NCBI GenBank assembly: GCA_023415055.1
Contig: JAEZLZ010000097.1
Location: forward strand, 3,741 to 67,740
DNA length: 64,000 nucleotides
Direction of reading: 5' to 3'
Source: Bacillota bacterium
GTDB taxonomy: Bacteria > Bacillota > Clostridia > Lachnospirales > Lachnospiraceae
The first letter of the stretch is position 1. The number at the start of each line of letters is the position of its first letter. The translations under genes and the position numbers were made by a program. Shown here in pieces: positions 10,001-17,584 of the stretch. The notes below the pieces were generated by a model. The model was given only the letters and a program-made list of their open reading frames with translations, made no database searches and had not been told where the DNA came from.

Positions 10001-11185
10001 TATAGCCGTGCTAGAAAGGCAACGATTCAAAGCAGAAGAGCTCGAATCGTCACACTGCCTTCCGAGCGGTACGCTGCACTCTTAGCCAGTCGAATCTATA
10101 AGGCAGCAGCACCTAGCGAACAATTGGAGGCAGTGATAAAGCTTTATTCAGATGTAACTTTTCCTGCTGTCGTTTGGGAAAGTATTCTCTTACCTGCACG
10201 AGTGTCCAGATATCGACCGGAGCTGCTTGATACCTTGCTAGCCGGCGGGAACTTCTTCTGGCAGCTAGAAGCCGATGGAGGCCTTGGCTTCCATCGTTAC
10301 GAGGATATCAATTGGCAAACGGATGTATCAGAGGTGCAGGAGTCTCTTCAGGGAAATGAAAGGATTGCTTATGAAGCCTTAGTACGGAGGGGAGCAAGTT
10401 TCCTTCAAAGACTCAGCGGGCTATTCGAAAATGCATCTCCCTATGATATTTTACTTGCCTTAGCGGAAAAAGGTCTGGTTTGTGCGGATAGCTTCATTCC
10501 TGTCCGCCAATGGATGAATAAGGAGAAACTAAACAAAGCTACGGTAAAACAAAGAATCACAGTACGTGCAAAGGCGATGACCACGGGACGTTGGGAGATC
10601 ACTCATCCTAGAAAGGAATTCGGCATGGAGGAGCTTATTGACCGTTGCTTTGATCGGGTCATTATTCTGTGCCGGGAGACGGTTCAAGGTATCACTTGGA
10701 GTCAGGTGCTCGAGACCCTTCGAGTTTGGGAATATACAGGAAGAGTTCGACGCGGATATTTTATTGAAGGTTTATCCGGTGTTCAATTTATCCGTGAGAA
10801 GGACTTTGCAACAACGATGGCTGCCTTAGATCAACCGGGAGATGAGATCATCTGGTTATCCGCAGTAGATCCTGCACAGCCATGGGGTAAAAGTCTGCCA
10901 CATATGGCGGACCGATCCTTCCTTAATGTCGCAGGGACAGTGGTGGCACTCCGCGCAGGGATACCGGTCGTGATTATGGAGCGACAGGGGAAGCTACTGA
11001 AGGTATTTGAGGAGCAGTACCTGGAGGAGGCGATGAGAGTCTTATCACAGGATTTTATCAGGCAGCGTATCTTTTCCGGTCAGAATCGACTGATTGTAAA
11101 AGAGTATCCAGAGGAAGCGGTGGTGGCTCTGGCAGCAGCCAGTTTTAAGCGAGAGCTCAAGGATTATGTTTTATATCGAATCTAG
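7052..11185 (+). CDS. lhr: Lhr-family ATP-dependent SF2 helicase, long form with C-terminal extension
   Basis: APTGTGKT, YVSPLKSLA, ILITTPESLYLML, DELH, HHGSLS, SSMELGIDVG, QRLGRAGH, GTIPD, GELDEEFVFE; C-terminal RRGYFIEGLSG.QF and DPAQPWG. Confidence 0.92.
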   Translation: MNSLNIFHPFTRDWFSRSLGSPTQVQEEAWPAIASGTHTLVSAPTGTGKTLSAFLVFLDRLKTEARSGTLKQELHLIYVSPLKSLAGDIRENLKRPLIGIYEEELHSGNYEQSESPSLNVAIRTGDTTQSERRQMIKKPPHILITTPESLYLMLTSKSGQSILQTAKAIIIDELHALIDSKRGAHLMLSIARLDRLCAEPLQRIGLSATIEPLSEAAKYLSPEPVTIVAPKMHKEIRIEITSPIPERQSGIKDSVWQEVARAVYAHCKDSRSIIAFVEGRAYAEKLAYYVNLIAGDGFARTHHGSLSKEQRFEVESCLRNGTLRMLCATSSMELGIDVGEIEQVFQIGCPRSISSTMQRLGRAGHNPNRTSVMRIFPRSAAEGLYSGLTAEVARMGGVEHSNPPRLCLDVLAQHLVSMATGDGYDLDEVMELLPRAYPFCEVTKEDVKGVLAMLAGDFEHDRNIPVRPRILYDRINERVEGDPYSRMLAVSAGGTIPDKGLYAVKTETGVKLGELDEEFVFESRVGDRFLLGTFAWQITKIQKDTVEVTQSNIYGARLPFWKGDMKGRRLQTGLAFGAILRRLVIANELGTLSKELSKLGLDDEAVSGAEDYIKRQLMATGILPDDRTIIVEHFRDETGNQQMMVHSIFGKQINSPLAILTLEAAKRHTHANISYVEDDDGFLLFPYGEEELPEGLLQELKTEEARAVLEAVLPVTPLFNMNFRYNTAHALMMGVRKTGRQPLWVQRMRSAEMLESLIKYTEHPLIRETKRECLEDYWDLPGLEYVLSGIRSGNIQVCELFVETPSPMSFLLRQQTEAANMYDYSPTPMGIHKATEEALKEATMIAPEPEHLARVSERRHLPEDEKQLHSLLMMEGDLVAGELEVPIEWLEILARRGQAFYIEPGLWIAAEQAERYRSALEEGEFTARKQLVLRLLRYRGAQTAELISERYYWKKGQSEALLKELCKEGEAIENEGLYYHSELYSRARKATIQSRRARIVTLPSERYAALLASRIYKAAAPSEQLEAVIKLYSDVTFPAVVWESILLPARVSRYRPELLDTLLAGGNFFWQLEADGGLGFHRYEDINWQTDVSEVQESLQGNERIAYEALVRRGASFLQRLSGLFENASPYDILLALAEKGLVCADSFIPVRQWMNKEKLNKATVKQRITVRAKAMTTGRWEITHPRKEFGMEELIDRCFDRVIILCRETVQGITWSQVLETLRVWEYTGRVRRGYFIEGLSGVQFIREKDFATTMAALDQPGDEIIWLSAVDPAQPWGKSLPHMADRSFLNVAGTVVALRAGIPVVIMERQGKLLKVFEEQYLEEAMRVLSQDFIRQRIFSGQNRLIVKEYPEEAVVALAAASFKRELKDYVLYRI

Positions 11186-11194
11186 AAGATAACA

Positions 11195-11252
11195 ATAGAG
11201 AGTCAGATGAGGAGCTCATTTTATCAGGGCTAACCTACATCGGACTCTCTAT
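11195..11252. terminator. Hairpin between convergent lhr and Ig-repeat genes (probable terminator)
   Basis: ATAGAGAGTCAGATG...CATCGGACTCTCTAT inverted repeat; a second hairpin follows at about 11266-11294. Confidence 0.55.
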
Positions 11253-11337
11253 ATCATTCATGACAATAGAAAGTTCGCGAGCGTGCTTTCTATCGTATTA
11301 CTCTTAGTTTTCTTCCATCCTTGTTATGTGATATTTC

Positions 11338-12303
11338 TTATTCGACTACATGCACCTTAATGGTTACTTTTCTTCCGTCAACAAAGGCATAAATCGAGCA
11401 GGTACCGGTGGAGACAGTACTTACGGTACCATCATTGGATAATGTAACCACAGAATCATTGGCTGTCTTCCAGGTGACCTTACTGTCTGTTCCTAAGATA
11501 CTCAGCTTCTTCGTCTTACCCATTCTTAAGGTGAAGTCCTTTGTACTTGCTTTTATTACTTTTACAGTAGAAGTCAGCTTCTTACCATCAACGGTGGCTG
11601 TTATTTTCGTGGTACCGGGACCCTTTGCGCGAACTCGGCCATCGCTGCCGATGGTTGCAATCGCATTATTTGCTGAGGACCACTTTATCCTACTAGAGGT
11701 TCCCTCAACCTTGAGAGTCTTAATAAAGCCGGACCAGCCGCCGAGCTCGAGTACAACGGAATCAGGATTGATACCGATGACGGATACCTTACTGCTGATC
11801 TCAGTATCACCAACGGATGCAGTAATCGTTGCGTTTCCGTTTGCAATAGCAGTTACCTTGCCACTATTTGAAACAGTAGCAACCTTTTTATTGGATGAGG
11901 TATAGGTAACCTTTTCCTTCGTACCGAGTACGGTCAGGGTAGTGGATTGCTTTTTAGTAAGTACGATATTATCCTTCATATAGATAACATTTACCTTACA
12001 ACGAAGCTTTTGACCTTTTATATTAGCCGTTATGGTAGCGGTGCCAGGCGCTTTCGCAAAGACTTTTCCGCTGCTTGATACGGATGCGACATTATTGTTG
12101 CTGGTGGACCATGATGCTTTGGATGAAGTACCGCCTATGCGTAAGGTCTTATAATGGTCAACCTCCAGAACAATATTGGTATCCTTCAAGTATATTGAAC
12201 TCGCAGCCTGCGCTGTCGGTTTATCATTTGTAAAAGGGAAGGATGAAAGAGTAGTTATACTAAAAATCAGTATAACTGAAAAAAGCTTTCGCAACTTTTT
12301 CAT
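11338..12303 (-). CDS. Secreted protein with tandem bacterial Ig-like (Big_2) domains
   Basis: Signal peptide; four repeats of W.S.N..VA.V...G.V.A...G...IT. Confidence 0.88.
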   Translation of the reverse strand: MKKLRKLFSVILIFSITTLSSFPFTNDKPTAQAASSIYLKDTNIVLEVDHYKTLRIGGTSSKASWSTSNNNVASVSSSGKVFAKAPGTATITANIKGQKLRCKVNVIYMKDNIVLTKKQSTTLTVLGTKEKVTYTSSNKKVATVSNSGKVTAIANGNATITASVGDTEISSKVSVIGINPDSVVLELGGWSGFIKTLKVEGTSSRIKWSSANNAIATIGSDGRVRAKGPGTTKITATVDGKKLTSTVKVIKASTKDFTLRMGKTKKLSILGTDSKVTWKTANDSVVTLSNDGTVSTVSTGTCSIYAFVDGRKVTIKVHVVE

Positions 12304-12561
12304 GAGTGTTACCTCCTTATGTTTGAGTGATCTTCCTAAGATCGGAACGAGTTACAAGATATCAATTAGGTAGGAGAGTATCCTCACCCGTAATGCATTG
12401 ATAAGTTCATTATAAAGTAATCCTTTCTACGGTTCACTATTAAAATATTGGTATAATAAATGCCTGGAAATGACTATGACATTAACTTAAGGTAACAATT
12501 ATAATAAATCGGTCAGAATTTCAGACGATGCCGGTATCGTGTCTGTATTATGAGGCTTCAG

Positions 12562-12576
12562 TGTGATGAGGTCACA
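12562..12576. promoter_or_regulatory. TGTGA-N5-TCACA palindrome upstream of the rhodanese/cdr operon (possible Crp/Fnr-type site)
   Basis: TGTGA-TGAGG-TCACA; similar boxes at 16931-16945 and 20266-20280. Confidence 0.4.
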
Positions 12577-12658
12577 GATAATTATCAAAATCCAGCTATA
12601 CTTAGTAGAAAAGATACAGTTTCTGTTTTATTAAATCATATTGTATGGAGGATGAAAA

Positions 12659-12979
12659 ATGTTTGATTTTTTAAAGAAAGATAGTAGCAAGGTAATACAC
12701 GTTAATGATATGGACAACCTATTAGGAAAGGTAGAATTAATCGATATAAGAGAACCCTATGAATATAAAAGCGGAACGATAAAAACAGCCAAAAACATTC
12801 CGATGGGTACCTTATTATCAAACCCGGAGAAATATCTATTGAAAGATAAAACCTATTATATCATGTGCCAGTCAGGAGCAAGAAGCGGAAGCACGACCAG
12901 GGTTTTAACTAAGCAAGGCTTTCAGGTAATCAATGTTGCCGGTGGAATGGGATCTTATGTTGGAACGAAGAGAAAATAA
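12659..12979 (+). CDS. Single-domain rhodanese (sulfurtransferase)
   Basis: IDIREPYEY..G.I..A.NIP; active-site loop CQSGARS; NVAGG. Confidence 0.92.
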   Translation: MFDFLKKDSSKVIHVNDMDNLLGKVELIDIREPYEYKSGTIKTAKNIPMGTLLSNPEKYLLKDKTYYIMCQSGARSGSTTRVLTKQGFQVINVAGGMGSYVGTKRK

Positions 12980-13003
12980 CAATTAACTTAGGAGGATTAA
13001 TTC

Positions 13004-14704
13004 ATGGGACGAAAAATAATCATTATCGGTGGAGTGGCCGGCGGAGCAAGCGCTGCAGCCAGACTTAGAAGAAACAGTGAAGAAGATCAGATTATCATGT
13101 TTGAACGGGGACCTCATGTTTCCTTTTCCAATTGTTCATTACCTTATCATCTGAGTGGAGTAATTAAGGAAGCGGATGATTTGGTTTTAATGAATCCGGA
13201 GCTCTTTTTAAAGCAGTATCATATCGATTCTCGTGTTAACAGTGAAGTTACAGCAATCGATCGGAAAAACAAGACAGTAACGGTAAAGAGGTTAGACTCA
13301 TCAGAAGAATATACAGAATCCTATGATAAATTAATCTTGTCACCGGGTGCCTCTCCGATCGTGCCAAAGCTGCCAGGGATTGAGAATGTCAATGTTTTCT
13401 CGGTTCGAAATGTAGTGGATATTGATCGCTTGAATCAATTTGTAAAAAAACTTAATAGCAAGGAGGTTGCGGTAATCGGTGGTGGATATGTCGGTGTAGA
13501 AGTGGCTGAGAATCTGAACGAAGCCGGTTATGATGTAACAATGATTGAAGCAACCAACCAGATACTTCGACCCTTTGACTATGACATGGTTCAAATATTC
13601 CATAAAGTCTTGACAGATCATAAGGTGAACCTGATCGTTGGAGATAAGGTAGAGCGATTTGAGAAAGATAAAGTTGTCTTGGCATCGGGCCAATCCGTGA
13701 ATGCACAAGCAGTAATCATGGCGATCGGTGTGGCACCCGAAACTCAGCTTGCGAAGGAAGCCGGGCTTACCATCGGAGAAACCGGGGCCATCAAGGTTGA
13801 TAAAAATTATTGTACGAACGATACGGATATTTATGCTGTCGGAGATGCAATCGAGGTTTATCATGCCTTAACTCATTCTATGACGAAGTTGTCCTTGGCC
13901 GGTCCGGCATTAAAGCAAGCCAGAGCAGCAGCAGATCATATCAATCATAAGAGTACTGTAAACAAAGGCTTTATCGGTTCATCTGCCATCAAAGTATTTG
14001 AATATAACGGTGCATCCACCGGATTAAACGAAGCATTAATCAAAGCACAGAATCTGAAAATTAATTATGACATTGTCCGCATCATTCTGTCGGACAAGGT
14101 AGGTATTATGCCGGAAGCCGCCCCGATGCATTTCAAACTGCTCTTTGAGGTACCAACCGGAAAGATACTTGGAGCTCAGGCAATCGGAAAGGGTGATGTG
14201 ACAAAACGTATTGATATCATTGCCACTGTCATAAAGTTTGGTGGAACTCTTGAGGATCTAAAGGATCTGGAATTAAGCTATGCGCCTCCATTTGCAACGG
14301 CGAAGGATATCGTTAATTATGCAGGGTATGTAGGTTCTAATGTACTAAACGGCGACTTTAAGCAAGTAAATGTGGACCAGGTAAGAGAACTGGTGGAGAA
14401 GAAAGAGACTATCATCGATGTTCGGGAAAGCTATGAATACGAGAGGGGCCATATCAAAGGTGCAATCAATATTCCTTTAAGTGAACTCAGGGAAAGAAGC
14501 GATGAGATCCCGAAGGATAAACCGGTGTATCTGCACTGCAGAACCGGTCAGCGTAGTTATAATGCCGCCCTGGCACTTCAGAATATGGGCTTTTCAAATG
14601 TTGTTAATATTACAGGAAGCTTTTTGGGAATATCCTTCCATGAATATTATAATGATAAGCAATCCGGAAGAGAGCCTATCGTAACGGAATATAACTTTAG
14701 ATAA
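13004..14704 (+). CDS. cdr: CoA-disulfide/persulfide reductase with C-terminal rhodanese domain (CoADR-RHD)
   Basis: GGVAGGASAA FAD motif, SFSNC redox Cys, GGGYVG NAD(P)H motif, YAPPF; C-terminal rhodanese loop HCRTGQRS. Confidence 0.9.
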   Translation: MGRKIIIIGGVAGGASAAARLRRNSEEDQIIMFERGPHVSFSNCSLPYHLSGVIKEADDLVLMNPELFLKQYHIDSRVNSEVTAIDRKNKTVTVKRLDSSEEYTESYDKLILSPGASPIVPKLPGIENVNVFSVRNVVDIDRLNQFVKKLNSKEVAVIGGGYVGVEVAENLNEAGYDVTMIEATNQILRPFDYDMVQIFHKVLTDHKVNLIVGDKVERFEKDKVVLASGQSVNAQAVIMAIGVAPETQLAKEAGLTIGETGAIKVDKNYCTNDTDIYAVGDAIEVYHALTHSMTKLSLAGPALKQARAAADHINHKSTVNKGFIGSSAIKVFEYNGASTGLNEALIKAQNLKINYDIVRIILSDKVGIMPEAAPMHFKLLFEVPTGKILGAQAIGKGDVTKRIDIIATVIKFGGTLEDLKDLELSYAPPFATAKDIVNYAGYVGSNVLNGDFKQVNVDQVRELVEKKETIIDVRESYEYERGHIKGAINIPLSELRERSDEIPKDKPVYLHCRTGQRSYNAALALQNMGFSNVVNITGSFLGISFHEYYNDKQSGREPIVTEYNFR

Positions 14705-14715
14705 AAAGTTCCCAA

Positions 14716-14895
14716 GGTAAAACCTACGGAACGATTGCAAATGACGCCGGACAATTAGATGAGTTCAAATCTCAAATGCTGGAACAGAAAAAAGCATATC
14801 TGGATCAGCAGGTGAAAGATGGAACACTGACCCAGGAAAGAGCCGATGAGATTTACAATGCAATGAAGAGTCGGTGGGCACACGTTCGAAGTTGA
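14716..14895 (+). pseudogene. Internal fragment of a DUF2680-like clostridial protein
   Basis: Start-less frame GKTYGTIANDAGQLDEFKSQMLEQKKAYLDQQVKDGTLTQERADEIYNAMK; lacks signal peptide and Cys/Gly-rich tail; family recognised from memory. Confidence 0.6.
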
Positions 14896-14898
14896 AAG
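14871..14898 (+). mobile_element. Group IIC intron 5'-end remnant (copy 3, first bases missing)
   Basis: TCGGTGGGCACACGTTCGAAGTTGAAAG closely matches copy 1 and continues into a TGAAAG motif like the GGTGAAAGTCC stem of intron domain I. Confidence 0.5.
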
Positions 14899-14996
14899 AA
14901 TTTAACCCATATGATATATGAGGAAGCTTTTCGTGAATTTATAATCTGCCCATTATTTGATATTCAAAAGAAATCTGGTAAAAAACGTATTTATAA

Positions 14997-15024
14997 TTGA
15001 CATATGTCAGAAATGACTTATAAT
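14997..15024 (+). promoter_or_regulatory. SigA promoter overlapped by palindrome TGACATATGTCA (probable autoregulatory operator)
   Basis: TTGACA 14997-15002, TATAAT 15019-15024; perfect 12-bp palindrome 14998-15009. Confidence 0.6.
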
Positions 15025-15057
15025 AATGTTATATTAAAGAATAAAGGAAGGAAGACC

Positions 15058-15453
15058 ATGCCGAGACACAGGAAATGCAGAAGAATTTGTTCTCTTCCAG
15101 AAACAGAAGGCTTTCAGCCAATCCGTGACAGTGATGCTTTCCATGATAATGTAATACTTAATATTGATGAATATGAAGTAATCAGGCTAATTGATTTAGA
15201 AAAGCTAACACAGGAACAATGCGCGATTCAAATGGCAGTTTCAAGGACAACCGTTACCAATATCTATGAAGAGGCTCGATTTAAGATAGCGGATGCACTC
15301 ATCCATGCTAAGAAATTAGTAGTTGGTGGAGGTGAATTCATACTATGTGAGCACAAAGAAGTTTGTTGTGGAAAGGGGTGTGAACATAATTGCTTCATTG
15401 AAGAAAAGAAATATTGTGATAAGGAATGCAGTCATAGGAATACAGGAAGATAA
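15058..15453 (+). CDS. DUF134 (UPF0251) DNA-binding protein with Cys-rich tail
   Basis: MPR.RKCRRI, DEYE.IRLIDLE.LTQEQCA.QM.VSRTT, AR.KIADAL; start moved to ATG 15058. Confidence 0.9.
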   Translation: MPRHRKCRRICSLPETEGFQPIRDSDAFHDNVILNIDEYEVIRLIDLEKLTQEQCAIQMAVSRTTVTNIYEEARFKIADALIHAKKLVVGGGEFILCEHKEVCCGKGCEHNCFIEEKKYCDKECSHRNTGR

Positions 15454-15516
15454 AGCAGTTAATATTCGAAAAAATTGTTTTCTAAAAGTGATTAACCCAG
15501 ATTGGAGAGTATAATT

Positions 15517-16347
15517 GTGGATCGTGAAAAAATGGCAAAAGAATTATTTCTGGAAGGATATAATTGTGCGCAATCTGTTTTCGGAGCCTTCTGTGATGTT
15601 ATGAACATGGATCAAAAGTCAGCATTGCGTCTGTCCTCATCTTTTGGCGGAGGAATGGGAAGACTAAGAGAAGTATGCGGAGCAGTGAGTGGCATGTTTA
15701 TGGTAGCCGGAGCCTTATATGGATATGACGATCCAAAGGATCAGGACATAAAAGCAGAGCATTATGCAAGAATTCAATACTTGGCAAAAGAATTTCAGAA
15801 GCAAAATCAATCGATCATCTGCCGTGAGTTGTTAGGGTTGGAGGGCACCAGCAGCAATCCTGTACCGGAGGTGAGAACGGCAGAGTATTATGAAAGACGT
15901 CCCTGTATCGATTTGGTTGGAGATGCTGCTAGGATTATGGAAAAATATATCTTGGAGGTAAACAAAATGAAAATTGCGGTAACTTATGAAAATGGAGAAA
16001 TATTTCAACATTTCGGACATACGGAGCAGTTTAAAATCTATGAGGTGACAGATGGAATTATCATTTCGTCTGAAATAATTCCAACCATGGGGAATGGGCA
16101 TGGAGCCTTGGCGGAATTCTTAAAGAAGCAAGAGGTAGATGCTTTGATCTGCGGTGGCATCGGTGGCGGAGCCAAGATGGCTTTGGATGAAGCAGGAATA
16201 AAGCTATACAGCGGTGTATCCCAAGACGCGGATCAAGCAATCGAGGATATGCTTAATAATAGATTAAGTAATAGCACGGAGGCTACATGCAATCACCATC
16301 ATGAGGAAGAGCATAACTGCGGTGAACATAGTTGTGGTACACACTGA
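15517..16347 (+). CDS. Fusion of C_GCAxxG_C_C putative redox protein and NifX/NifB-like (FeMo-co biosynthesis family) domain
   Basis: N-half YNCAQSV...SSFGGG...EVCGAVSG...C...C; C-half MKIAV...IFQHFG...LICGGIGGGA with His/Cys tail; internal GGAGG plus ATG at 15967. Confidence 0.85.
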   Translation: MDREKMAKELFLEGYNCAQSVFGAFCDVMNMDQKSALRLSSSFGGGMGRLREVCGAVSGMFMVAGALYGYDDPKDQDIKAEHYARIQYLAKEFQKQNQSIICRELLGLEGTSSNPVPEVRTAEYYERRPCIDLVGDAARIMEKYILEVNKMKIAVTYENGEIFQHFGHTEQFKIYEVTDGIIISSEIIPTMGNGHGALAEFLKKQEVDALICGGIGGGAKMALDEAGIKLYSGVSQDADQAIEDMLNNRLSNSTEATCNHHHEEEHNCGEHSCGTH

Positions 16348-16383
16348 AGCGAGTATAATTCGCATTATCAGGATCTATCATGA

Positions 16384-16425
16384 AAAAAGAATCCATCACC
16401 TTTTCAAGTGACTGGATTTTTTTTA
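16384..16425. terminator. Bidirectional terminator
   Basis: A-tract GAATCCATCAC...GTGACTGGATT T-tract between convergent genes. Confidence 0.75.
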
Positions 16426-16433
16426 TTACATGA

Positions 16434-16821
16434 TTAATGAAAGGCTGCGAAGCTGTCTTTCATTAATATAACATCAGATACCGTTGCAATGGGACATATG
16501 GTACACCAGGTTCTTGGCTTATATATCATCGCCAATACCAGCCCGAGAATCGTTGTTGTCATCATCATGGAATAGAACCGGTACGACAAATGTGTCAGCC
16601 ATGGGGTGTATTACGTGAACTCCATTTTTTGATTTACCACTGGTGGTGTAGAGGCTCGATCTTGGGCAATATCCTTGACACCAGGTTTTCTTCCGGTCTT
16701 TTAATAGGAAAACGATGGGTAAGGTCATGCACAGAATACCAAATAAAGAAAAATGGATGTTAATAAAGCCAAGTACAAAAAATGTTACAGTAAATAAAAA
16801 TAGCAGCTTGTGATTTCTCAT
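16434..16821 (-). pseudogene. Frameshifted and probably internally deleted membrane 4Fe-4S-binding protein
   Basis: N-part KTWCQGYCPR in one frame; C-part PWLTHLSYRFYSMMMTTTILGLVLAMIYKPRTWCTICPIATVSD in another frame, ending at 16434. Confidence 0.75.
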
Positions 16822-17051
16822 GGTTCACCTCGTATGATTTTGTAATAACTAGTGTTTTGCAGTTTAACAAACGTCAGAAATATGTTGTAATCGAATAGAT
16901 GAGATTATAACAATAGAATGTACTTGCTTCTGTGACGATAGCACATGTGACAAATAGTGACATAATAATATTATGTAAACCAGAATGATTTTATAAACGG
17001 CTTGATGGATAAAAATATTGTGGATAAAAACGATTGTGGATAAAAATAATC

Positions 17052-17082
17052 TTGACCTGAAGTGCACTCCAGATGATAGTGT
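17052..17082 (+). promoter_or_regulatory. MerR-type promoter (19-bp spacer with dyad)
   Basis: TTGACC-19 bp-TAGTGT; dyad CTGAAGTG|CACTCCAG at 17057-17072. Confidence 0.8.
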
Positions 17083-17141
17083 AGTAATATGCTTCCCATA
17101 CAGGCATCGCTAAGTTATAATAGAAGAATAGGGGGTAACAC

Positions 17142-17528
17142 ATGACGATAGCAGAGGTTAGTAAAAGATTTGAGCTTACCCAGGATACACTTCGCTATTA
17201 TGAGCGTATCGGCTTACTTCCCGGTGTAAATCGCAATAAAAGCGGATTAAGAGATTACACCGAGGGGGATTTAAAATGGGTGGAATTTATCAAATGTATG
17301 CGTAGTGCCGGATTACCGATTGAAGTTTTGATTGAATATGTTAATTTGTTTCAACAGGGAGACGAGACAAAGGAAACCCGAAAAGAGCTTTTGATCGAGC
17401 AGCGCAATCTGCTAATAGAAAAACAGAAGGAAATCCAGGCGACAATTGAACGCTTGAATTCTAAAATCGAGCATTACGAACAATCGGTATCCATAGCAGA
17501 AAAGCAATTAAAAAGAAATGATAGCTGA
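17142..17528 (+). CDS. MerR-family transcriptional regulator (AdhR-like)
   Basis: MTIAEVS....DTLRYYERIGL; W.EFIKCMRSAGL conserved Cys. Confidence 0.93.
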   Translation: MTIAEVSKRFELTQDTLRYYERIGLLPGVNRNKSGLRDYTEGDLKWVEFIKCMRSAGLPIEVLIEYVNLFQQGDETKETRKELLIEQRNLLIEKQKEIQATIERLNSKIEHYEQSVSIAEKQLKRNDS

Positions 17529-17584
17529 TATTTATTTTTGATAGAAATATAATAAGTAACTATTCTGGGAAGGGAGGGGTTAGG

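Noticed and set aside
12304..12560. Possible c-di-GMP riboswitch upstream of the Ig-repeat surface protein
   Set aside because: No GEMM-type conserved motifs were recognisable on the minus strand.
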